Below, piece after piece: positions 46,774 to 55,471 of a stretch of DNA of 64,000 nt. Each line of letters opens with the position of its first letter. Within the stretch, counting starts at the first letter, position 1. Made by a program: the position numbers and the translations under genes. The notes under the pieces are model-generated. The model did no database searches and was not told the origin of the DNA. It was given only the letters and a program-made list of their open reading frames with translations. The DNA is from an uncultured Methanosarcinales archaeon (GTDB lineage: Archaea > Nanobdellota > Nanobdellia > Woesearchaeales > JAGWAF01), in NCBI GenBank assembly GCA_964597775.1, contig CAZQZJ010000002.1, positions 357 to 64,356 on the forward strand, given 5' to 3'.

Positions 46774-49239
46774 ATGGCACAAACACAGTCAGAAAACAGG
46801 GTTGTTGCACGTCTTATTGAAGAGGAGATGCAGGTCTCTTATCTCAATTATTCAATGAGTGTGATTGTAGGTAGAGCTCTGCCTGATGTGCGTGACGGTC
46901 TCAAGCCTGTTCATCGTCGGGTCTTGTATACTATGTTTGAAACAGGCTTGTTGCATAATAAACAAACTAAGAAATCAGCCAATGTTGTAGGTAATTGTAT
47001 GGCAAGGTATCATCCGCATGGTGATACTGCGATTTATGATACCTTAGTTCGTCTTGCTCAAGACTTTTCAATGAGATATCCACTTATTATTGGTCAAGGA
47101 AACTTTGGTTCAATTGATGGCGACGCAGCTGCTGCCATGAGATATACTGAAGCAAAATTACATGCTCTTGCTGAAGAACTTATTGAAGATATTGATAAAG
47201 AAACAGTTTTGTTTACACCTAATTTTGATGGGTCAGCAAAGGAACCAACAGTGTTTCCTTCAAAGGTTCCTAATCTTCTTGTTAATGGTTCATCAGGTAT
47301 TGCTGTAGGTATGGCTACAAATATGCCGCCGCATAATCTCAAAGAGGTTTGTGCAGCTATCATAAAGCGAATTGAGAATCCGAATAACACGATACAGGAG
47401 TTGATGGATATCATTATTGCACCAGATTTTCCTACTGGTGGAATTATCTGTAGCAGAGCAGGAATTATAGAAGCATACAATACTGGTAAAGGTAAATTAT
47501 TATTACGAGCAAAAACACATGCTGAAGAAGTTAAAAATAATCGTCAGGATCTGATTGTTGATGAAATACCCTATCAAGTAAACAAGACGCAGCTTATTGA
47601 AGATATCGCTGTACTGGTTCGGGATAAGGTAGTGCAAGGTATTACTGACATACGTGATGAATCAGATCGTGATGGAATGCGTATTGTTTTCGAATTAAAA
47701 AATGGTGCTAATCCTGACGTTGTGCTCAACCAGCTATTTAAGCATTCGCGGTTGCAAACAACCTTTGGTATTATCAATTTGGCTTTGGTTGATAATCAGC
47801 CAAAAATACTGAGCCTACCCCAATTATTAGATTATCATATTGAGCATCGTGTGGCAATCGTCAGAAAACGTTCTGAATTTGGTCTTGTAAAAGCAAAGGA
47901 ACGTCTCCACATCCTTAACGGTTTTATTGTGGCATTAGATGATATCGACAGCGTGGTAAAAATAATTAAGGCAGCAAAGAGTCCGCAACAAGCTGCTCAG
48001 TATCTTATGGAACAATTTAGGTTAAGTGAGATCCAAGCCCAATCCATTCTTGATATGAAATTGCAGCGTATTACAAGTTTAGAACAAGATAAGATTCGTG
48101 AGGAGCAAAAAAATGTTACTATAAGAATCAGCGAGTTAGAGATTCTGCTTTCTTCTCGCAAGAATATTCTTGATGTTATCTGTATTGAGGTTGTGGATTT
48201 GGCACAGCGATTTGGTGATGCTAGAAAAACTCAGGTAATTGAGAGCGAAGGCGATCTTGAGGTTGAAGATCTTATAAAACCTGAGGATGTTGTTGTTACA
48301 TTTACTCATTCAGGATATGTTAAGCGCTTGCCTATTGATACGTATAAACAGCAGCGTCGTGGTGGGAGAGGGGTCATTGCTGCTGAAGCAACAGAAGAGG
48401 ACTTCTTAGATCATCTTTTTGTAGCAAATACGCATTCCTGGTTGCTTGTCTTTACTGATACAGGTAAAGTTCATTGGTTAAAGGTGTATCAGATTCCAGC
48501 TGCATCCAGAACAGCGCGGGGTACATCAATTGTAAACCTGGTTGAAATGCAATCTGCTGAAAAGGTAACTGCAGTGCTTCCAGTCAAAACATTTAGTGAT
48601 GAGCAGCTTGTCTTTTTAGGAACACAGGATGGAACAGTCAAGAAATTATCGCTTAGCCATTTTTCAAATCCTCGTCGTGGTGGTATTGTTGCAATGAAAC
48701 TCGAGGATGGTGATCGTTTAGTTAATGCCCTAATTACCAATGGAGATAAGGATATTATTGTTGGTACAAAAAAAGGTCTTGCGATCAGGTTCCACGAATC
48801 TAATGTTCGAGAGATGGGAAGAACTGCAATTGGTGTAAGGGGTGTTAAACTAAGGCAAACTGATGCAGTTATTGGGGTAGAAATTGCAGATAATGCAAAA
48901 TATCTTCTTACTATTTCAAGAAATGGAATTGGGAAGAAAACACAGATGGGAGAGTATAATCGCACTAATAGGGGTGGCATTGGTGTAATTAATATGAAAG
49001 TCACTGATAAGTCAGGTGAAGTTGTAGCTGTTCTGTCTGTGGATGATGAGGATGAAATCATGTTTATCTCAAAGATGGGGATTGCTATTAGGATTCCAGT
49101 TTCTGGAGTATCAAGTATTGGCAGAAACACCCAAGGTGTAAGAGTGATGAAGCTTGAAAATAATGATGAGGTTGTTGCTGCTGCAAAGATTGCAAAGAGC
49201 AAGGCTAATGGTTCTGATGAAAGCAATAGCAGTCTGTAA
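46774..49239 (+). CDS. gyrA: DNA gyrase subunit A
   Basis: HPHGD, active-site AAMRYTEAKL, GyrA-box-like region and C-terminal beta-pinwheel repeats; 821 aa. Confidence 0.9.
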   Translation: MAQTQSENRVVARLIEEEMQVSYLNYSMSVIVGRALPDVRDGLKPVHRRVLYTMFETGLLHNKQTKKSANVVGNCMARYHPHGDTAIYDTLVRLAQDFSMRYPLIIGQGNFGSIDGDAAAAMRYTEAKLHALAEELIEDIDKETVLFTPNFDGSAKEPTVFPSKVPNLLVNGSSGIAVGMATNMPPHNLKEVCAAIIKRIENPNNTIQELMDIIIAPDFPTGGIICSRAGIIEAYNTGKGKLLLRAKTHAEEVKNNRQDLIVDEIPYQVNKTQLIEDIAVLVRDKVVQGITDIRDESDRDGMRIVFELKNGANPDVVLNQLFKHSRLQTTFGIINLALVDNQPKILSLPQLLDYHIEHRVAIVRKRSEFGLVKAKERLHILNGFIVALDDIDSVVKIIKAAKSPQQAAQYLMEQFRLSEIQAQSILDMKLQRITSLEQDKIREEQKNVTIRISELEILLSSRKNILDVICIEVVDLAQRFGDARKTQVIESEGDLEVEDLIKPEDVVVTFTHSGYVKRLPIDTYKQQRRGGRGVIAAEATEEDFLDHLFVANTHSWLLVFTDTGKVHWLKVYQIPAASRTARGTSIVNLVEMQSAEKVTAVLPVKTFSDEQLVFLGTQDGTVKKLSLSHFSNPRRGGIVAMKLEDGDRLVNALITNGDKDIIVGTKKGLAIRFHESNVREMGRTAIGVRGVKLRQTDAVIGVEIADNAKYLLTISRNGIGKKTQMGEYNRTNRGGIGVINMKVTDKSGEVVAVLSVDDEDEIMFISKMGIAIRIPVSGVSSIGRNTQGVRVMKLENNDEVVAAAKIAKSKANGSDESNSSL

Positions 49240-50362
49240 TAAAGGTCTTGAGGCATATTGTGCTCAAGAATTAAAAGCGATTCTTCATACAAAACTAAGT
49301 ATGTTGGATCGAATTATTCTTTTTGAATCTGATCTTGTATCAATTGCATTGTATGCGTATCGATCTCAGGTTGCTAAAAGAGTACTTCTACTTTTAGGTC
49401 ATATAGGGCATCACGGTAATCTTGAAGAGGCTCTTGAAAATCTTATTAAGAATATAGATTTCTCGCCTTATTTTATAAATGGAGTAACCTTTTGTGTTCG
49501 CACTGACAAGCTTGATTATAAAATATATCCAAGTCAAGAAATAGAGCAGCTTGCAGGTGAATTAATTTTTACTAAAACACAGGCAACAGTTTCGCTTAAG
49601 GATCCAGGTCTTCTTATACGAATTATTGTTACACCAGGCGATATTTTTATCACTCTTGACACTGCAAAAGAAGAGCTTACTAAAAGAGATTACAAGATAT
49701 TTGCAGGATCAGATCCATTCAATGCTTCCACCTCTGCAGCCTTTGCCTTATTTTCAGGATTTAATGCAAAGAAATCATGTCTTGATATTTCATGTGGTGC
49801 TGGTCTGCTTGTTATAGAGTCTGCTCTTATAGCAACAAATCGTTCACCGCATTATTTTCGCAAGGAGAAGTTTCTCTTTCCGCAATGGACCTGGTCAGGT
49901 GTTGATTGGAATAAAAAGTTTGAGCTGTGGGATAAAAAGATTAATAGTGCCAAGCCTAAATTGCAGGCAATTGATACTCAGAATGTTCATGTTGAGGCAA
50001 CTAAGAAAAATGCAAAAATTGCTGGGGTAATCAAATCACTAATTATTGCCAGAATCGATATAGAATGGCTTGATACTAAATTCAACAAATCAAGTATTGA
50101 TCTTGTTATGTCAATGCTCCACTTTCCTGCTACTTCGCTAAATAAGATTGAAGCATGGATTTCTAAGTCTTCTCATCAAGCTGCATATATTCTTAAGCCA
50201 GGGGGAATAATAACTCTTCTTACAAAATATCCATCCCAAGCTAAATTACTTGTTTCAAAACAAGGGTTTAAGCTTTGTAATGAAGTCCAATTCTTTCAAG
50301 GCGATGATTGTTGGACTGCGCTTGCATGGGAAAACACAAAAAGTGATTATAAAAACGCTTAA
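49217..50362 (+). CDS. THUMP-domain SAM-dependent RNA methyltransferase (Trm14/RlmL/COG0116-like), motif IV degenerate
   Basis: N-terminal ferredoxin-like+THUMP architecture, motif I DISCGAGLLVIESAL; HFPA in place of DPPY. Confidence 0.55.
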   Translation: MKAIAVCNKGLEAYCAQELKAILHTKLSMLDRIILFESDLVSIALYAYRSQVAKRVLLLLGHIGHHGNLEEALENLIKNIDFSPYFINGVTFCVRTDKLDYKIYPSQEIEQLAGELIFTKTQATVSLKDPGLLIRIIVTPGDIFITLDTAKEELTKRDYKIFAGSDPFNASTSAAFALFSGFNAKKSCLDISCGAGLLVIESALIATNRSPHYFRKEKFLFPQWTWSGVDWNKKFELWDKKINSAKPKLQAIDTQNVHVEATKKNAKIAGVIKSLIIARIDIEWLDTKFNKSSIDLVMSMLHFPATSLNKIEAWISKSSHQAAYILKPGGIITLLTKYPSQAKLLVSKQGFKLCNEVQFFQGDDCWTALAWENTKSDYKNA

Positions 50363-50402
50363 AATGGGGTTTAAAAGGGGCAACCACTTTTCTCATGCCA
50401 AA

Positions 50403-50412
50403 CCTTTAAATA
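50403..50412 (+). promoter_or_regulatory. TATA box CCTTTAAATA (with CCAAA BRE-like) upstream of candidate RNase P RNA
   Basis: Same 15-mer as the ATPase promoter. Confidence 0.4.
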
Positions 50413-50439
50413 TGATCTAACTCTTACTGTCTTATCCAG

Positions 50440-50800
50440 GGTGCAGACGAAGCCAACGGTAACATCATATTGTTTGGTGTCTCTGAGGAAAGTCTGCCCA
50501 CATCCAGGATCTTTAGTTCAAATCTAAAGATTCTGCAGACAAGCGGTACCTATCCAAACAATAGGATCCAGTAATGGATGGCAACATCACCGAAACGACA
50601 CGGCCATATGCAGATGAGAATGACGCAGTGAAGTCCTTGGTAACAGGGATGAGTTAACCTGTAGAATGATGCATAATGGATGCGATGAAACGGATAGCCC
50701 TATCGTGTGCAAGGCAAACAAGATGCAAGTAGTTCATAAAAACATGTCTGCGTGCTCTTCACATGCCGCTTAGTTGAATGCTTCGGCAGATCATCGGAAG
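50440..50800 (+). ncRNA. rnpB: Candidate RNase P RNA
   Basis: Non-coding 480-bp gap with TATA; CR-I-like GAGGAAAGUCUGCCC at 50485-50499; distal GGCAGAU (50785-50791) can pair with GUCUGCC to form a P4-like helix. Confidence 0.35.
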
Positions 50801-50877
50801 GATGTTATAATCTTTCTTTGGGTCTGACAAAAGGCAGCTTATATGCGCCCTGGATCTTTTTTAAGGTGAGGAAGAGT

Positions 50878-51051
50878 ATGGCACAAGATAGGATCACACT
50901 ACCATCAAGTACAGCTGGTTTGACAAGATTTAATGAGGCATCTCTATCCAAAATAGAGTTTTCACCAGGTGGTGTGATTGTCTTAACACTGATCATTGTT
51001 CTTATTATTGTGATACTGCACTCTTTTGGCAATGCGTGGTTTGGATTATGA
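50878..51051 (+). CDS. Sec61-beta/SecG-like translocon subunit (57 aa)
   Basis: SSTAGLTRFNEAS...single C-terminal TM; characteristic GL.RF motif. Confidence 0.7.
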   Translation: MAQDRITLPSSTAGLTRFNEASLSKIEFSPGGVIVLTLIIVLIIVILHSFGNAWFGL

Positions 51052-51392
51052 TGCCCAAAGTAAATCCTCGTCAAATGCAGCAGATGATGCAGAAAATGGG
51101 AATATCACAAAATGAGATTCCAGCAACACAAGTTATTATTCGTTGTGAGGATAAGGATCTTATTGTTGAGAATCCTACTGTTCTTATTATTGATATGATG
51201 GGGCAAAAGATGTTCCAAATCTCTGGCGCGATCAGCGAGCAAAGGCGTGAGGTTGAGTTAAGTAAGGAGGATATTGAAACAGTAATGGATCAAACAGGTG
51301 TAGATAGAGCAGTAGCAATCAATGCTATTACAGAGGCTCATTATGATCTTGCAAAAGCTATTCTTAATCTTAAAAAAATTTTTAGCCCATAA
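51048..51392 (+). CDS. nac: Nascent polypeptide-associated complex protein (NAC alpha)
   Basis: MMPKVNPRQMQQMMQKMGI NAC-domain start and C-terminal UBA-like helix bundle. Confidence 0.8.
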   Translation: MMPKVNPRQMQQMMQKMGISQNEIPATQVIIRCEDKDLIVENPTVLIIDMMGQKMFQISGAISEQRREVELSKEDIETVMDQTGVDRAVAINAITEAHYDLAKAILNLKKIFSP

Positions 51393-51498
51393 CCTATTTA
51401 TACCAGCCTTATATACTATCTTTGAGGAGTAAAGACTATAGACAATGATATTACTAACAGCCATAAGTAGACCATTTGCTCTAATAGGGGATTTCTAA

Positions 51499-51960
51499 AT
51501 GGTGTGGGAAGAGTTTTTAGAAGATGCAAAAGAAGAGCTTAAACGTGCTGATCATCTTATGTATGTCTCGTTAAAATACACGCGAACTGTTGATGTTATC
51601 AAATCCATTGTTGAACGCTTGATTAACACGTATGATTTTGCAATGCAGGCAATGCTCTGTCTTAAAGATATAAAGAATATTCCTAAGATTCCGCGTTTGC
51701 AAGTAGAAGCTATCAAAAAAGAGTATTCGTCTCATCCTGATAATGAGCGTATAAAGACATATCTTAATCTATATCTGCTCCTACGTTCTATTGATAAAGC
51801 AAGTTTTGAGCGGTCATTAGAATTTCGTAGGCACGTAACTATGACAGCACATTTGGATGATAAAGACATTGAAGTATCAATTGATATTATTGAGGATTAT
51901 TTTAATAAGGCCAAAGAGTTTTTAAACTTTGTTGAGCAGCTAACTGTTCAGAATGAGTAA
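51499..51960 (+). CDS. Hypothetical protein
   Basis: 153-aa ORF overlapping minD-like start by 8 nt. Confidence 0.35.
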   Translation: MVWEEFLEDAKEELKRADHLMYVSLKYTRTVDVIKSIVERLINTYDFAMQAMLCLKDIKNIPKIPRLQVEAIKKEYSSHPDNERIKTYLNLYLLLRSIDKASFERSLEFRRHVTMTAHLDDKDIEVSIDIIEDYFNKAKEFLNFVEQLTVQNE

Positions 51961-52660
51961 ACTTATTGGTATTATTGGAGCAAAAGGAGGTGTAGGTAAA
52001 ACCACATTAGCGCTCAATCTAGGATGTTCCTTTACCCAGGCTGGTCGTTCTGTAGTTATTGTAGATGGAGATCTGCACACGCCGCATATATCTTTATATT
52101 TGGGTTATATGCATCCACCACGCTCAATTCATGATGTGTTATCTTGTAAATCCCAGCTCAAAGAAGCTTTGTATATTCACGCATCTGGGGTTAGGGTAAT
52201 TCCAGGTTCTATTTCCTATGATGCTATTACTCGTGTTTCTTATACAGAATTTGGTATGCTTCTTACTCAGCTCAAGGAGGTAGGGGAGTTGATCCTTGTT
52301 GATACTTCATCAGGGTTTGGTCCCCAATTAGACGCAGTTCTTAAGGGTGTAGATGCTGTTATTGTAGTTACAACCCCTGATCTTGTGTCTCAAGCTGATG
52401 CACTCAAATCAGTACTTCACGCAAAACAGATGGGAAAAGAGATTCTTGGGTTAGTGGTTAATAGAACAAAATCATCAACAGATCTCAAGAGTTGTGCAGC
52501 CTTTATCGGAGTTCCAGTACTAGGGGAAATTCCAGATGATCCGCTTATGGAAAACGCTGTAGCTGTATATCATCCTCTTATTTTTGCTTATCCAGAAGCA
52601 CCAGCCTCAAAGTCATTTAGTCTTATCGCATCACGTCTTAGGGGGGTTTATTATGGTTGA
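51953..52660 (+). CDS. MinD/ParA-family P-loop ATPase
   Basis: Deviant Walker A GAKGGVGKTT, 235 aa. Confidence 0.8.
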   Translation: MSKLIGIIGAKGGVGKTTLALNLGCSFTQAGRSVVIVDGDLHTPHISLYLGYMHPPRSIHDVLSCKSQLKEALYIHASGVRVIPGSISYDAITRVSYTEFGMLLTQLKEVGELILVDTSSGFGPQLDAVLKGVDAVIVVTTPDLVSQADALKSVLHAKQMGKEILGLVVNRTKSSTDLKSCAAFIGVPVLGEIPDDPLMENAVAVYHPLIFAYPEAPASKSFSLIASRLRGVYYG

Positions 52661-53171
52661 AAATTTAATTGAAAAATTAAGATCAAAAGGTTGGACTCCT
52701 GATGAAATTGCACAGGCACTGCGAGTCATGACTGAAGCTCAATCACAGAAGACAGATCTTGTTCGTTTTATGGACCGTATTGTGTATTGGGCACTGCTTT
52801 TTGCAATCTTAGTTGGTAATTTTGTGATTTCTATTATGATTATTCCATTTATTGTTTTTGCACCGCAAATCTTCTTGTATCCAATGGTGTTTCTTATTGC
52901 AGCAACCTTTGGTGCATTATATGATTTGATTCTTTTTGATATTAACAAGATTGAAGGAGTCAAACAGTTTATGTCTGGATTATTATTGCCATCACTAGCA
53001 TTAATTAATATTATTATTTCTATTCGATTAGCATATATCTTGGCATCAATAATTGGTATACAGTTAAATGTTTATATGCCTGTACTTATTGGTGTTGTTT
53101 ATGTTAGTGGTTTTATGGCGCCGTTTTGGTTTACACAGCGAACCAATTTTTGGGAAAGGGTTTTTAAATAA
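52653..53171 (+). CDS. Integral membrane protein co-transcribed with MinD-like ATPase (start MVENLIEK)
   Basis: ATGGTTGA overlap with upstream stop; 4 TM. Confidence 0.4.
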   Translation: MVENLIEKLRSKGWTPDEIAQALRVMTEAQSQKTDLVRFMDRIVYWALLFAILVGNFVISIMIIPFIVFAPQIFLYPMVFLIAATFGALYDLILFDINKIEGVKQFMSGLLLPSLALINIIISIRLAYILASIIGIQLNVYMPVLIGVVYVSGFMAPFWFTQRTNFWERVFK

Positions 53172-53193
53172 AGCTAATCTTCTCCGTCGATAT

Positions 53194-53265
53194 GGCGGCT
53201 GTAGTATAATGGTAGTATTCGGGACTGTGGATCCCGAGAACCGGGTTCGATCCCCGGCAGTCGCC
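53194..53265 (+). tRNA. tRNA-His (anticodon GUG) with genome-encoded G-1 pairing C73
   Basis: Hand-folded: G-1 + GCGGCUG/CAGUCGC acceptor, anticodon loop CUGUGGA, T-arm CCGGGUUCGAUCCCCGG, followed by T7. Confidence 0.85.
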
Positions 53266-53276
53266 TTTTTTTAGGG

Positions 53277-54596
53277 CTAAAGTTTTTGAAAATATGCTTG
53301 AAGTTCTTCTTGTTGTGGGGAATCGTACAAAAGTGCTTCTGCAATAATCTCTCGTGCACGATCATTCTTGCCTTGTTTTTCAAAAACAACTGCCAAATTT
53401 GAAAGCGCCCAAATATCATCTGATTTTTTGTAAATCATATCTTGGAGATATAGTTCTGCTGCTCCATATTTGTGGTCTGCAATAAGTTCTGCAAGATGTA
53501 TTTGTGCAGGGTATCTTTTGTGAAGTGAAGCAAGTACTGCCTTAAAATTAGCAAGTTCTGTGCTTCGGTATGCACGACGAGCAGCAAAGAAAAGTCTTTG
53601 GATGTTTTTGGTTCTAGTAAGGGATGCAACGATGTTGGTATGAGCTGCAGCATTATGTGGGTTGATGCGCAGTGCTGCTTCAAAACATTCAATTGCTGTT
53701 GCATAATCTTGACGTTTGATAAAGATAAGCCCTTTGTTAATAAATGCATTTTCATTGTATGGTTTGAGTTGTATTGCGCGGTCATATGCTTTTATTGCAT
53801 CAGCATCTTGTCCTAACTTTACTAAAACATCTCCAAGATTTGTATAAACAAGTTTATAAAAAGGGTCTAGGCTTGCTGCGTGCGTGAGCATCTGAAGTGC
53901 TTGAGGAAATCGTCCTAATGTTTTGTAAATTTTTCCAACTTCATAGTATCCTTTTGGATTATTAGGTCTTTCTTGCATATCCTTGATTCCAAGTTCAAGA
54001 TAAAGATCACGTTTTTTGCTAAGAATATCCTCTCCTTTAAGATAGCCATAGTGGTGAATAGGGATATGTCCTAATCCAATGCTTCCTCCAATAGATGTGA
54101 TTGCAGTATCAATCTCTTCATGAACTTTGTTAATAAATCTGATTCTTTTGTCATTGCGAAAAAGTCTGGTAATTGGAGAAATAAAGAACCCTTTTGCTCG
54201 GCATTCAGGATATGTATCGCATGGTTGCCAGCTGTAATAGGTTGTGTTATCAGTATAATTGCGTTGGTCAAGAATCCAGCCCATCATTGTTTGGTGGTTT
54301 GTGAGTTGTTTAATTTTCTCAAAATCTTGTGGTGAAATTACTTCATCTGCATCAATATAAAGAATCCAATCTCCTGTTGCATGTTTGATTGCTTCGTTCC
54401 TTGCTGATGAAAAGTCATTTGTCCAAGGAATCTGGAATATTTGTGCTCCTTTTTTTGCTGCAAGATTCATGGTGTTATCAGTACTTCCTGTATCAACAAG
54501 AATGATCTCAGAAACAAGGGATTTTACAGAGTCTATGGCAGTTTCAATTCTATCTGCCTCATTCTTTGCAATCATACATAATGAGATTGTTGTCAT
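53277..54596 (-). CDS. Family-2 glycosyltransferase with C-terminal TPR repeats
   Basis: N-terminal GT-A fold motifs (SLCMIAKNEADRI..., DAD), then multiple 34-aa TPR-like repeats. Confidence 0.7.
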   Translation of the reverse strand: MTTISLCMIAKNEADRIETAIDSVKSLVSEIILVDTGSTDNTMNLAAKKGAQIFQIPWTNDFSSARNEAIKHATGDWILYIDADEVISPQDFEKIKQLTNHQTMMGWILDQRNYTDNTTYYSWQPCDTYPECRAKGFFISPITRLFRNDKRIRFINKVHEEIDTAITSIGGSIGLGHIPIHHYGYLKGEDILSKKRDLYLELGIKDMQERPNNPKGYYEVGKIYKTLGRFPQALQMLTHAASLDPFYKLVYTNLGDVLVKLGQDADAIKAYDRAIQLKPYNENAFINKGLIFIKRQDYATAIECFEAALRINPHNAAAHTNIVASLTRTKNIQRLFFAARRAYRSTELANFKAVLASLHKRYPAQIHLAELIADHKYGAAELYLQDMIYKKSDDIWALSNLAVVFEKQGKNDRAREIIAEALLYDSPQQEELQAYFQKL

Positions 54597-54748
54597 ATCT
54601 AGGTAAAAAGAGCAAGCCTTTTTAAGTGTTACACCAGAAAAGGAGAATCACGTTAAAGCCAGTCATGTCACACCACAGGATTTTGAAAAAAAGAGGTCGC
54701 AACCGGCTTTTTCAAAATCCTTAATAGATAATCCTTAAAAAGCATCTG

Positions 54749-55471
54749 GTGTTATTCTCGCGAATGATAGGTATTTCCATTGTCATTCCTGCATATAATG
54801 AGGAAGCCCGTATCATATCTACATTGAATAGAATAGATTCATATTGTAAATCAAACCAATTTGATTATGAGATTATTGTTGTGGATGATGGCAGCACAGA
54901 CAAAACCAGAGAGGTGGTTATGAAATTACATAATCCTAAAGTTTCTATTATTTCCTATGGTGAAAATAAGGGTAAGGGTTTTGCTGTGCGCACAGGAGTG
55001 CTTACTGCAAAAAAATCGCATATACTATTCTCAGATGCTGATTTATCAACACCTATTGAAGAGTTAAGTAAGTTCTTATCTGAATCTGCTGATATTGTCA
55101 TTGGTTCACGAAATCTACAAGATTCAAAAATTACAGTAAAACAGCCATATATACGTCAATCCTTAGGTAAAGCGTTTCCGATTATTGTGGAGTGGATTCT
55201 GCTCTTGCACATTAAAGACACACAATGTGGGTTTAAGCTTTTTACAAAGAAGGCTGCTCATACCATTTTTAGAAGGCAATATACTAACGGTTTTGGTTTT
55301 GATGTAGAGGTGCTTTTCCTTGCGCGTAAAAAAGGTTATGTGGTTAAGGAGGTTCCTGTAGAATGGAGAAATGCTGTTGGTTCAAAGGTAAGGTTATTTC
55401 GAGATGTGCCTCGAATGCTTATGGACGTATTATGGATTCGTTGGAGGGATTTTTGTGGATGTTACAACTAA
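54749..55471 (+). CDS. Dolichol/polyprenol-phosphate mannosyl(glycosyl)transferase, Dpm1-like GT2
   Basis: ISIVIPAYNEE...VVDDGSTD...DADLS GT2 motifs, 240 aa. Confidence 0.75.
   Translation: MLFSRMIGISIVIPAYNEEARIISTLNRIDSYCKSNQFDYEIIVVDDGSTDKTREVVMKLHNPKVSIISYGENKGKGFAVRTGVLTAKKSHILFSDADLSTPIEELSKFLSESADIVIGSRNLQDSKITVKQPYIRQSLGKAFPIIVEWILLLHIKDTQCGFKLFTKKAAHTIFRRQYTNGFGFDVEVLFLARKKGYVVKEVPVEWRNAVGSKVRLFRDVPRMLMDVLWIRWRDFCGCYN

Noticed and set aside
53068-53419. ORFs 53068-53274 (+) and 53174-53419 (-)
   Set aside because: Overlap tRNA-His and the 3' end of the GT2-TPR gene; no coding signal.
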